Origin: Stylophora pistillata
Lineage: Eukaryota
Direction: 5' to 3'
Assembly: GCF_002571385.2 (NCBI RefSeq)
Contig: NW_019217840.1
Coordinates: 479,885-543,884, forward strand
DNA: 64,000 nucleotides
Shown here: positions 54,001-64,000 of the stretch, one piece after another
Layout of the letters: each line of letters begins with the position of its first letter
How positions within the stretch are numbered: position 1 is the first letter of the stretch
Made by a program: the position numbers and the translations under genes
The notes under the pieces: generated by a model
What the model saw: the letters and a program-made list of their open reading frames with translations, nothing else
What the model was told of the DNA's origin: nothing
Database searches by the model: none

Positions 54001-57000
54001 GTATCCCCAAGATTTAGTTAATTATACCCAAGATCATTCTAACTATCACTTTCGATATTAAATTACCCTAATTTTCTCCCCCCTTCTGAACATATCTGCT
54101 AACAGTTCCCCTTTAAATTATGATTGTTGACGAACAAACAATGATGAAAGGCGTCACAAACACGATAAATACCAGAGACATGCAGTGGTATGTGTATAGC
54201 CACACACATACTGTTGTTCAGATACCAGTGACATGCAGTGGTATTTGTATAGCCACACACATACTGTTGTTCACATACCAGTGACATGCAGTGGTATGCG
54301 TATAGCCACACACATACTGTTGTTCACATACCTAGGGAGCAGTCTCTTTCTTTCAAGTGGGAGAGAAGTGGACTTGTGTATAACTTGTATGTGTATAGCC
54401 ACACACATACTGTTGTTCAGATACCAGTGACATGCAGTGGTATTTGTATAGCCACACACATACTGTTGTTCACATACCAGTGACATGCAGTGGTATGCGT
54501 ATAGCCACACACATACTGTTGTTCACATACCTAGGGAGCAGTCTCTTTCTTTCAAGTGGGAGAGAAGTGGACTTGCCCTGCAGTTGCAAACCATCAAACT
54601 AATTTTTTTCCCACACCCCTTGCCACTTCTGTGAAATGACTAACAGTTCAGTTTTGTATTTTTACTTTAAATGGCATATATCAATATTACTTTGTTTTGT
54701 TTTGGTGTGTAACAGTAAATCTGATATAAAGCTGTGTGACATAGATCTAAGCATCTGCCTCACCTTTGAGTCATCTATGTTGAAAAATGTCTCCCATTCT
54801 TGTATATTCCCCACAGTCACTTCACTTTCAGTAACCTTGACAAGAAAGAATCCAGGTCCTGTTGGCAACAAATCAATTTTCTTGGAATTTTTTACACTAA
54901 CTTGAAATCTGTTTTAAGGAAAAGCTTTACCTTGATTAACAAAAACTGTACATTTCTGTCAAATTAATTAAAAAAAAAAGAGGAAGGAACATTCTGAATC
55001 ATAAGCCAACTGTTGAAACATAATCCTTTGATTATGACTTAAGTTACTAAAGGTATCAAGATGAAAGATACTGATTGGCACAATGCATATCATGATGAGA
55101 TATCTCAGTGACTGTGGTAATTAAAGAAGGATAACTTCTTTCATTTTTAACTCATGGTATAAACATAGTTACTGTTATGCAATCAATTTATTGACTCTTA
55201 AGTAAATGTCTTGAAACCTCATCTTTTGTCTGTTGTTATTATGCATATGGTTTACTTTCAGTGCTCTAGCTAATGCTTTTGAGTTTAATAATCAACTGGT
55301 CATGAAACAGTATGTCATGTAATATTGGACAGAGATGGCAAAGGGTACTCATCACTATAGTGCATAACTAAGACATCCATAGTACATCTAAGGAGCCTTT
55401 GATTTATGTTTGTGGGTTCCTAATAGGGTGCTGTGGATAATTTATAGTTTTTTGTGTTACACTGAACCACAGGAAACTTACAGCTAAGTCAACTTAGTCC
55501 TGGTTATCACAATTACTCACCAAGACCGTCCACAGAGAGAGAATCGTAAGATGCTTGAAGACTAGCAATCTATAGAGTCAATACAACCAATGAATTGAAT
55601 GGTGTATATTAAAAGCATTTGATATACCCTTAACCCACAGTCAAGATAAGTCATTAAATAACCACACAAGTCATGCCAACAAATTCAAGATTTGTTCTCA
55701 CCTGAGAGGGTGTAAAGTAGTCACCAAGATGGACAGGGGGGGCCACGTGAGTTGCACTGGTCTCAGGACACAGAGCAGGGAATGCAAACCAGTAATAAAA
55801 CTTATATTTCTTTAGATCCTAATAAAAAGCACACGAGATGAAGTCATTGACTGTACCAGTCAGCATTATTTCTAACCTATTTGAGAGGAAAGTTACTTAA
55901 TTATAGAAAAGCTTCTGAAACAACTGCTTATACATGTTGCTAACTTTACCCTTAGGCTAGTTCTTATTGCAACATTCTGAGGTTATTCAATTTTTTTCAG
56001 TTTTAAATAATTTTTCACACCATGTTGATTTTATATCCCTTTGTCTTGCATTCATTAGTAATAACACAAAATGAAGAGAAATAACAATCAATGAAAGATT
56101 TTAAGCCATGGAAATTTTTAAACCCAACATCTGCAAGTTAATGTACCCACTCTGTAAATAATTGACAAAACACTCAGAGACTATCTGGGAGAGGAAACCA
56201 ATAATTACTGCTGATCCCCTACTGTATATAGTTTCATTAATGTATCATTCAATGGTTTGTTTATTTGAATCATCTGTTTCTTTACATGGACTTCCACTTA
56301 ATTAAATTACTTAATTATGACTATTCATTTACTATATCCTACTTACAGAACAAAAGCCAGAAAACACAGGAAAAAGAGGAACTTACAGCAAATGTCATAA
56401 GCACAAACTGACAAAGGACAGATGGGTCCTCCAAAGCCTTGCCTGATTTAACGGTATCCCATATCTTCAATACAAAGTTCAAGACTTATTTAAACAAAAA
56501 TGATTCATTCCAAGTAAGTGCCTCTTCCCAGTTATATTTTAGTCACTTAGTAGCTAAATTAAGGGCATCTGGCAATAGTGTGCAAGCCAAAACATATGAT
56601 GGAACATTTCATCATTTCCTGTTTTATTAAATCATTGAGAATGAAAGAGCTGGTTGGTAAGAGAGTTTTCAATCTTACTCTGAAAATTGTAAGCAGAATT
56701 GGTTACATTTAAGGCATTCTGAACATGCTATTTCTATCAAGCCTGCAGATGTACTGTACGGAGTTGATGTACTAAAACAGTCGGTAACAAAGTTGCACAG
56801 TTTCCAAAGGATATTATTTATTTAGAGTTCTTGCTAATCACATTATGGTTACTGGTAGTTAGACTATTTACTAGAATTCAAAGCATACCATCTTCAGTAA
56901 ATAAATAGGACAGTTAACTTTAATTACCTTTTGTCCAAAGGATTGGATCAGCTCCATTTTATTGTAAGTTCTGAATGCCTCAATAGTGTTTGTATTGATC

Positions 57001-60000
57001 AATGTCCCTTGCATAGGATATGTTCTTTGAGGTACTGGCTTCTCACTGGAAAATTAAGGTTGCACTGCACTTTAAATTCTTTCCCTCAGATCTCAATCTA
57101 CAATGGCATGAAACCCATTCATGAAGTCAGGGGTTTCATTAACATTTTCAGCAAGAGGGGAACTGGTTTTCACAGGTGGGCAAAACTTTTTATTTCAACT
57201 TCTTTATAAGATAAACTTTCCTCCAGATCGTCAAACCAGGTGGGCAAAACCATCCTCACAACCAGGCAATTTGTCTCGTGCGCAGGCCCTTAATGAAACC
57301 CCCGTGAAGTTGCTCTTTCTGTTACAGGCTTTTTTGAACTTATAAAAATCCCCTGTACTCTCCAGCTATTACTTACAAAAGTGTATCAGTTACAACACAG
57401 AATTAACAATTGTTATATTAAACATGGCCCTCAGACACTACCTTATACAAGTTTTCAATCTGAAAATGAATATTAAATCATTATTTTCAAACAGACTGAT
57501 ATGCTCAGTATTGAATAATGCTATTTCCCTGATATTTCCTCTCTAAATGGTTTGGAAAAGAAAAAAACACAGAAAGATGCCAGATACATAAAGATTGCAG
57601 ACAAAAATGACATACTGAACAAGGACAGCACTGAGCTGCACAAAAGTGGAGCAGGGATTTTGTACACTTACATAGAAAAGGCATTATAATCCAGATTGAA
57701 GCGGCATACGAGCCCTGAAGGATCACCTAAGCAAAAAAAAAATGAAAGCCTGCAGACTAAATACAGAGAATATGCAGAATATTTTTATCTCTCGAATTAT
57801 CAGCTTATAATTAAAAAAAAAGCATGATAAAATTACTCCTTTTCCATAAAAAAAACCAAGTCACCCCTTGGACTCATTATGCTATCAGTTTAGCTTAAGC
57901 ATCTCTCAATGGCCTATATACCATTAGGTTTATCTGGATGGTTGAATTGTAGGGGTCAGACAAATGTAAGGTCCTGATCCTGAATAAGGGGGGTTAATCT
58001 ATTATCGATCCCTTTAAACTGAAGCAGATTTCAGAAACTTACTAAGCCCTTGAAATCACCATTTCACACCTATCCACCTATTATTCCACTTTTAGTTGTT
58101 ATTTTGCTGGGGGAGGGGAGGGGGGTTGATGACTCATCATATCTCTGAGTTAGTATATGTGCTATGATTGCTCAATATCTCTATCACTGTTATCAATACA
58201 AAAAGAGTTAGTTACCCCATAGCAAGTGAAAAAAATATTGTGGTGCAAACTTACCCAAGTTAAAAAATTGTACCTAGTGAAAAATTAAATTTACCTTGGA
58301 AAACAAATTACCTGCAACATATATACTCTTGCATATAGCAGCTAGCATGCAGTTCTACTCTGACCTGTTTCAAGCCACAGTTCTTTGGTCTACTGAATTC
58401 TCCTTTTATCCTCATATCCTAATTTACCCTTTAACAACTTCCTGCATTCTAGCAATGTTGCTTGCAGCCAGAATACAAACAGTCAACTTTCTTTTATATC
58501 TTCTCTCAGGCTTGGCATTTGTTTTAGAAAAAAATTACTTAAAACTTAGCTTGAACCCTATCAAAAATAATTTTACTTGATCATTAAGCCATATAATTAA
58601 ATACAATCATGTGAATACCACTTCTAATTAGTTACACTCTTAAATCTGTGTTTTCGCTGATCCTTGAAGTAAGGTTTTTTTACTTCGATTTGAGATCTTG
58701 AAAACTCTGAATAAAAACAATTCACCTTAATTTAAGAACCACTGCCTTAAATCAAGAGCTGAGTAACAGGCAATCTTGCTTTGAGAAAAAAATTCACAAA
58801 ATGAGAGGAAGATGTCTCAAAATGAGTTGAGAAAGAACTTTGATTTAAGATCTTGAAAACTCGGAATAAAAACAATGCATCTTAATTTAAGAGCCAATGC
58901 CTTAAATCAAGAGCTGAGTAATAGACGATCTTGATTTGAGAAAAAATTCTCAAAATGAGAGGAATATGTCTCAAAATGAGTTTGGAAAGAACTTTTGATT
59001 TAAGATCTTGAAAACTCAGAATAAAAACAATGCATCTTAATTTAAGAACCAATGCGTTAAATCAAGAGTTGAGTAACAGGTGATCTTGCTTTGAGAAAAC
59101 ATTCTCAAAATGAGAGGAAGATGTCTTAAAATGAGTTTAGAAAGATCTTTAAGCAAGATATGAAACCTTTGCACTAAAAATATTTTTTCAAGATAAAAAA
59201 AAAAACAAAATATTTTTCTGAAACAATTTTTTATTCACTTTTTTAACAGCAACATGCCCTCATTAAAATAAAATAGAACAGGTAAATATTGCAAAATTAA
59301 CCCTCTAAGCCCCATATGCATTCTGATCATAACTACATTCCCTGAGGAACAAAATAATGGTAGATAATATTTACTCTAACTTTGAACTTCACATCTGTCT
59401 AAAAACACAAACAACTTCCAACTACAAGAAATGTAAGTTACAAGTGGGAAGACTCTAAGTTGATTAACTGCTATAAATTATTTTTAAAGGGTTTAACAAC
59501 AATCATTGGTATTAGTTAAAGTTTCAACACAATCCTATTTAAACGTACCATTATTTATCAGAGGCACTGGGTCATTCAAAACATGACTTACTGGATGACT
59601 AATCCAGGTTTGGTACAAGTCTTTAGTTGTGTAGCTGTATCAACTTCACAAAATGTTAAGTTCTGTATGCTCTTTTAATTTGAAAATCAATGTTGCAAAG
59701 ATATTTCACTTCACTGTACTAGCTGGCAACACCTCATTATGATGTTGACTCCATTGAAAAGCTAGTTGATCACACTTTAATTCACAAAGTGAAAGGGTTA
59801 AGCAAAAGCAAAATAATTTTCCTTTGTTGCTATGTATAAGCTACCATTAATTCTGTTAGCATGAAACACTTGGTGCCTGTACAAGTGGGTATGTAGTGTT
59901 ACTTGTAGTGTCATCGGTTGACTCAACAGCTTCAGTTTCTGACAAGGAATCACTGTATTCATCATGATCTCCAACACTTAATTCACACCAATTCCCTAGA

Positions 60001-63000
60001 AACAAGAAATCATGAAAGTGCCGATAACATTTTTTTAGTTTCTCATCTGAATGCGAAAAAATTTCACGCTTTACACAAAAAGCGAATTTTTTATGAATAT
60101 TTCAAATCTTCAAAATCCTACTAATTTTTAGCCGTATACCCCTCCCGCTATTTATTCCATGTTCTCTAATGCTCCAGTCCAGTCCAGTCCAATTTTTTGG
60201 AGTTGCTCGCGTTATTTTTGTGCTCTTGAGTCTTCTAAAACTATCAAAGTTATGTGAATGAAAAGCTGAATTGTACCTTCACAAGCTGCGTAACTGGGAT
60301 CGGAACTTGTCAGAAATCGATGGTGTTTTTCACGTATGTGACGAACGAAGGTATTTGCCTTTTGGAAAGTCCGCCCACAACCCTCTATGCCACACGTGGT
60401 GTTCAACTCTTCTGTAGAATGCCTTGTGTTAATGTGAGTTAGTAAAAAACACAACTTAAGTGCCGCAAAACAAGCGCAAATAGCACATTTCCAAACCATG
60501 TTTGCTCTACTATTGTCAGGCACTGTGGATGACTATTTGGGATTTGGAGAGTTTTGGAATTCGTCGTGTGAGAGTCCGAGACCTTTGACAATCCACCTGT
60601 CAAAGGTGTGGCCAATGAAATACTACCAAGATGTCGTAATAAACTCATTTTGGCAGGAGTTGCCCGTAGTGGTTTTTCGAGTTTCTTGCAGCCCTACAGA
60701 ATTCCACGGTGAGGGCCTTGCAGGCTACTTTTCGGAGGGATTTACTCCGCCGTCGAAAAAAAAAAAGGAAACAAATGTTACTTGTCAACAGCTTGTCAGT
60801 TCCCTCAAGTATCGCTGGGGACTCCCAGAATCCATTTGCCGAGTTCTTGAAGGTTAGTAACAAGGTCTGATGTTGGCGATAATTTTGACCAATACATGTA
60901 ATTCAATGTTGTAGAAATGCAATGTGCTTCTTATTTATGTAAAGAGAGTGATAATTCTATAATTCTGTGACCTTTTGGAATATGGCTGATCACTCGTTTT
61001 AAGATTATTTATATATCATTCCCATTGTTTACTCGTCCACTGCAGTATTACTGGAAAGTCTGGCAGTTCGATGAGTTAAATTTGTAGATTTGGCGTGCGT
61101 GCTCGCTACGATTGAAATGACAACGAAATTTGGCCAACTTCAACCACTACCAAATTGAACGAAATAATAAAGTAACAGCTTAAAACAGCGAAGAAATATC
61201 TGTTTAACCATATAAAAACGAAAAAAAGCGCGGATGGGCAAAGCTGACAAATATTTGAACAGATTGTACTTTTGGTTTTACATTGTAAGAAACTGTTCTT
61301 CCTACCTGTTAGTTATTCAATCAACTACGTGTCAACATTGAATAAGAATCAAAGGCTCGACTGAGTCCATATTTCTTTGTCATGAACCTCTGCTTGTGTC
61401 GATTAGAATCAAAGGGGTCATGCAAACTTAGCTTGGTCCCGGATGGTTTGCAGTATGAAATTGGCAGTGCACCAGCACTGGTAAAATTTCCAACACAGTC
61501 AAACACTTTGCTCCTTGTCTTTTTTGAAGAAAATGCAATTGAAGGAGACACCTTCATGAACTTGACAAGGGAGGACCTTCCTGACCTTCTGGGAAAGAAA
61601 AGTACGTTCAAGGAAAGGAAGGACTTGTGGGACTGTCTGCGGCTAGTGGTAAGATCATTTGTCCAAACAATGGAATGGTGAAACTGAAGTGAATATCGAT
61701 CTTTCTGAGACAAAAACCTCAGCCTATTGACCTTTCTGTGTGCAGCCTGTGGCAGGCTGATTTTGTAGGTGAAAAGAAAGTAAACAACAATTAATGGCTG
61801 ACTTTGAATCTTTGAAGTTATATTGAAAATTAATAATTTATTAATTGCCATTCCCTATGCAGATGACCGTTGTTCTAAAGCATTGGAGAGAACGCCAAAA
61901 GCATTCAATTTATCTGCACCAGCACTTGTCTCCTTCATACCAGTAAGTCTAGTACTTTGTGTCAACATAGTAAAATACTTGCTGAGAAAAGTTCATGCTT
62001 CTGTCACTGAATTTTTTTGTTACTAAAGATATTTTGGCTTACTGACATAGGCCTTAATTTTTTGGGTTTGTAGAGTTAGGTGATTGAATGCCCTAGTAAA
62101 TATCAAAAATCAAAGTCAGTGAGAAAAACAAAATTTATCTCAACAGCTGTTAGGTCCTGAGTACAGTTACTCTATAAGAAAACCCTTTTATGGTATCCAC
62201 TGTACATATTACAGTGTAGCACCAGAGAGAGTTTTTACACTGGCACGACAATATATTACTGAGTTTGGATTGTGAAAACTGGCTGTAGCAATGACTGTAA
62301 ATCATTTGCAATATATGAATAAACTGCAAGGCTAACTAACTTATAAATTGCAACCTGAAATAGATAGGATATATCGTGTTAATTCTCATGATTACATTCT
62401 TTCCAACAGCATGGCAGTAGTCCAGAAGACTTTCTTAAAAAATTGCCATCAAATGACCCCCAGTTGGTTTGTTACACTGGAGGAAATGACACTCGGGATC
62501 CTTTGTCACATCAGTGGTTCATAGTTGTAGACAAAGAAATGGTAGAATGTGAATCTCACTTAAGCTGCAAAGCCTTAATAACTTTAATTGCAGCACATTT
62601 TGCATTCAATCTGAAGTACAACAATTTCATACAGCCATGCTCAAGTTCATTCATGAATATGTGCTTGGTGACATTCCCAGAAGGAAGTCATATGCATTTA
62701 AAAGGCTGGAAAACACTCTTCTTGCTAAGTTACATGTAGAACCAGCCACCACCAATGGTGACCAAGCCGTGTAGTTTAAAATCCATGCTTTAAGGTTGAC
62801 AGTGCACAATACATATTTCAGTATTGACAAGTGTTTCTTAACTTTAGATTTTGTTACTTCAGCATGTTTTGTTACTTTAGCATGTACAGTCTGTTTGTTG
62901 AAGTCAGTGAAAAGTAAGGAAATTTTATTTTCCTGCTAAAACCATTGTGCTAAATGATAAGTTTGGATACAGTATTCGAGTAACTAATGGAGGAACTAGT

Positions 63001-64000
63001 TTTGGTCAATGTGTTGTTTTTTTTTAATGCCAATGTGAGGTTAGTGAAACTTTTTCAGAGGTCAGGGAAAAGTCCGGAATTTTTTAGTTTCTGATCAGTG
63101 GCAACCCTGATTTTATACTGAGTTGTGTTGTTCTTATTTGTGAACCCTTTATTTTAAAGTCAACTTATATGTAAATCAAAGAGGGCAGTTACTGAACTAC
63201 AAAATCAATAAAGGTCAGTTGTTTTGATTCAGTCTTAGAGTTCCCTTTCATTACTGCTCTTCGTCCTAACTGGGTAAAGAATTTATTTAGATTTGGACTA
63301 TATGTCAAGATATTCTTATTTTGAGAAGGTAGTAACTTATTTTGAGATGCTGTTGTCTGTATTTTGTTTCACTTGAATGACTTGATTCAAAAAAACGATA
63401 CTCTTATTTTAAGATCCCATTAAAACTTATTTTTAGATCTGCATGATAGAGGTATCCTCATTTTGAGAATACCATAACCTTGTTCTAAGGTTGTACCTTG
63501 AATCTCAAAACAAGGCTCTGTCCTTATTTTAAGATACCGAGTTCTTATTTCAAGATTCCATCCACTCTCGGAATAAGGACATGAACGGTCTTATTACAGG
63601 AACTCAAAATAAGAAAATTTCACCTTTATTTAAGGATACCCACTTTAAGAGTGTTAAGGAGTACCTTCAATTGGTACCTATCTAATCTTTAAAAGAAAAG
63701 CCAAGAAAATTACTATAAAATTAAGTGCGATTTACTGTTTGATTGGCTGGAATTTAACGTATGTTATAACTAATAAATCTAAATTTTAAATCTACAAGGA
63801 ACTGCGTTTATCCCATTTTACAAAAATTATGCTAGATTACTCATCCCTAACTGAACGATACTTACTGTTTACGTAATATCCCTGCAGAGGTTGAGGCTTG
63901 TCGTCTAACTGATATATTTCCAATTTGTTCTGGGTAAGTCTATGCCAAAATGCCGCATCGACAGCACTAGAATATGGTGCAAACTGCACTCCACTTTCGT
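45006..64000 (-). CDS. ATG7: Ubiquitin-like modifier-activating enzyme ATG7; start just beyond the window, internal exons missing at a gap
   Basis: Approximate exons: 63866-64000 ([23 protein letters not shown]), 57671-57726, 56927-57045, 56387-56464, 55702-55818 ([16 protein letters not shown]), 55521-55569, 54763-54858, 50358-50500 ([11 protein letters not shown]...GAGTLGC), 49516-49674 (SNPVRQ), 49216-49277, 48983-49117 (DTRESRWLP), 48539-48700 (LGCYFCND), 47935-48050 (RTLDQQCTV, catalytic Cys), 47498-47583, 47300-47380 (IRGFLSR), 46248-46367, 45006-45041 ([11 protein letters not shown]). Confidence 0.96.
46736..47170. repeat. MITE-like interspersed repeat in ATG7 intron
   Basis: CCCGGTGGGG(G)ACGTACT.../...AGTGGACGCCCCCGG degenerate inverted ends; internal palindrome AAGACTGGGTTGACTAT..ATAGTCAACCCAGTCTT at 47071-47107. 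Confidence 0.5.
50771..50843 (-). tRNA. tRNA-Thr(AGT)-like sequence, representative of 10 full copies; probably pseudo-tRNA/SINE head
   Basis: GGCTTGT/ACAGGCC acceptor stem; D-arm GCTC-AATTGGTA-GAGC; anticodon loop CT-AGT-AT; TTCGAAT T-loop; T7 tract just downstream. There is one A-C mismatch in the anticodon stem and two mismatches in the T stem. Confidence 0.6.
51696..52173 (+). mobile_element. 3' end of a Penelope-like retroelement (GIY-YIG C-terminus + pseudo-LTR)
   Basis: Frame 51707-51895 reads [50 protein letters not shown]. It fits the H.IDW...R..LES...LNR pattern of PLE endonuclease tails and is followed by a hammerhead. Confidence 0.88.
52036..52080 (+). ncRNA. Minimal type I hammerhead ribozyme (Penelope type)
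   Basis: Stem I TGACT/AGTCA; core CTGATGA (52041-52047); stem II GAC...GTC; GAAA; C-GTC cleavage triplet ending at 52075; minimal stem III with palindromic ACGT. Confidence 0.8.
54169..54576. repeat. 53-bp minisatellite with a higher-order ~199-bp duplication
   Basis: ATACCAGTGACATGCAGTGGTATNTGTATAGCCACACACATACTGTTGTTCA(C/G) at 54169, 54222, 54275, 54421 and 54474. A CTAGGGAGCAGTCTC... block occurs at ~54331 and ~54530. Confidence 0.92.
58687..59150. repeat. 155-bp subterminal tandem repeat x3
   Basis: GATTT(G/A)AGATCTTGAAAACTC starts at 58687, 58842 and 58997. Confidence 0.9.
60212..60523 (-). CDS. C2H2 zinc-finger exon carried by the transposon
   Basis: CAIC...LLTHINTRH and [24 protein letters not shown] are two C2H2 fingers. 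A probable splice donor lies near 60277. Confidence 0.7.
   Translation of the reverse strand: MPDNSRANMVWKCAICACFAALKLCFLLTHINTRHSTEELNTTCGIEGCGRTFQKANTFVRHIREKHHRFLTSSDPSYAACEGTIQLFIHITLIVLEDSRAQK
61490..62740 (+). pseudogene. Degenerate SAM-domain / SAMD3-like transposon accessory gene
   Basis: [23 protein letters not shown] (SAM-like) at ~61520-61650. QWFIVVD...[16 protein letters not shown] continues by frameshift into [11 protein letters not shown] at ~62410-62740. Confidence 0.6.

Larger units (their letters stand above)
58635..63653. mobile_element. EnSpm/CACTA (CMC)-like DNA transposon, ~5.0 kb, non-autonomous, in ATG7 intron
   Basis: TIR CACTCTTAAA (58635-58644) / TTTAAGAGTG (63644-63653); TTA on both flanks; dense subterminal repeats (AAAATGAG, TCTTATTTTAAGAT) at both ends; divergent zinc-finger and SAM-like cargo. 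No transposase core was recognised. Confidence 0.8.

Noticed and set aside
54099-54510. Cys/His-rich ORFs on both strands
   Set aside because: They are translations of the 53-bp minisatellite.

Overview
AT-rich, intron-rich animal genomic DNA. The repeat families look like those of a stony coral or another anthozoan (inference from recalled repeat types, no search run). Five spliced genes can be read. (1) An EF-hand plus WD40 gene of the WDR49/WDY type on the - strand, 15530 to below 1497, 3' end not in the window. (2) A Pro/Gln-rich orphan gene with 14-aa repeats on the + strand, 16640-19053. (3) NDUFA5 on the - strand, 20556-23516. (4) Cytosolic isoleucyl-tRNA synthetase IARS1 on the + strand, 23734-43997, head-to-head with NDUFA5. 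(5) ATG7 on the - strand, 45006 to beyond 64000, with middle exons missing at a contig join. The introns hold a deleted Gypsy LTR element, a 5'-truncated LINE, a nested MITE, a 5-kb EnSpm/CACTA-like element and Penelope fragments with minimal hammerhead ribozymes. The most unusual structure is a family of tRNA-Thr-like ~245-bp units in tandem and inverted arrays. They share one fixed terminus, are fused to a Penelope 3' end, and mark the breakpoint of an inverted duplication that copies a host exon. Exon coordinates were read by eye and may be off by a few bases. Assembly Ns lie at 2395, 9995-10142, 23971 and 52344.
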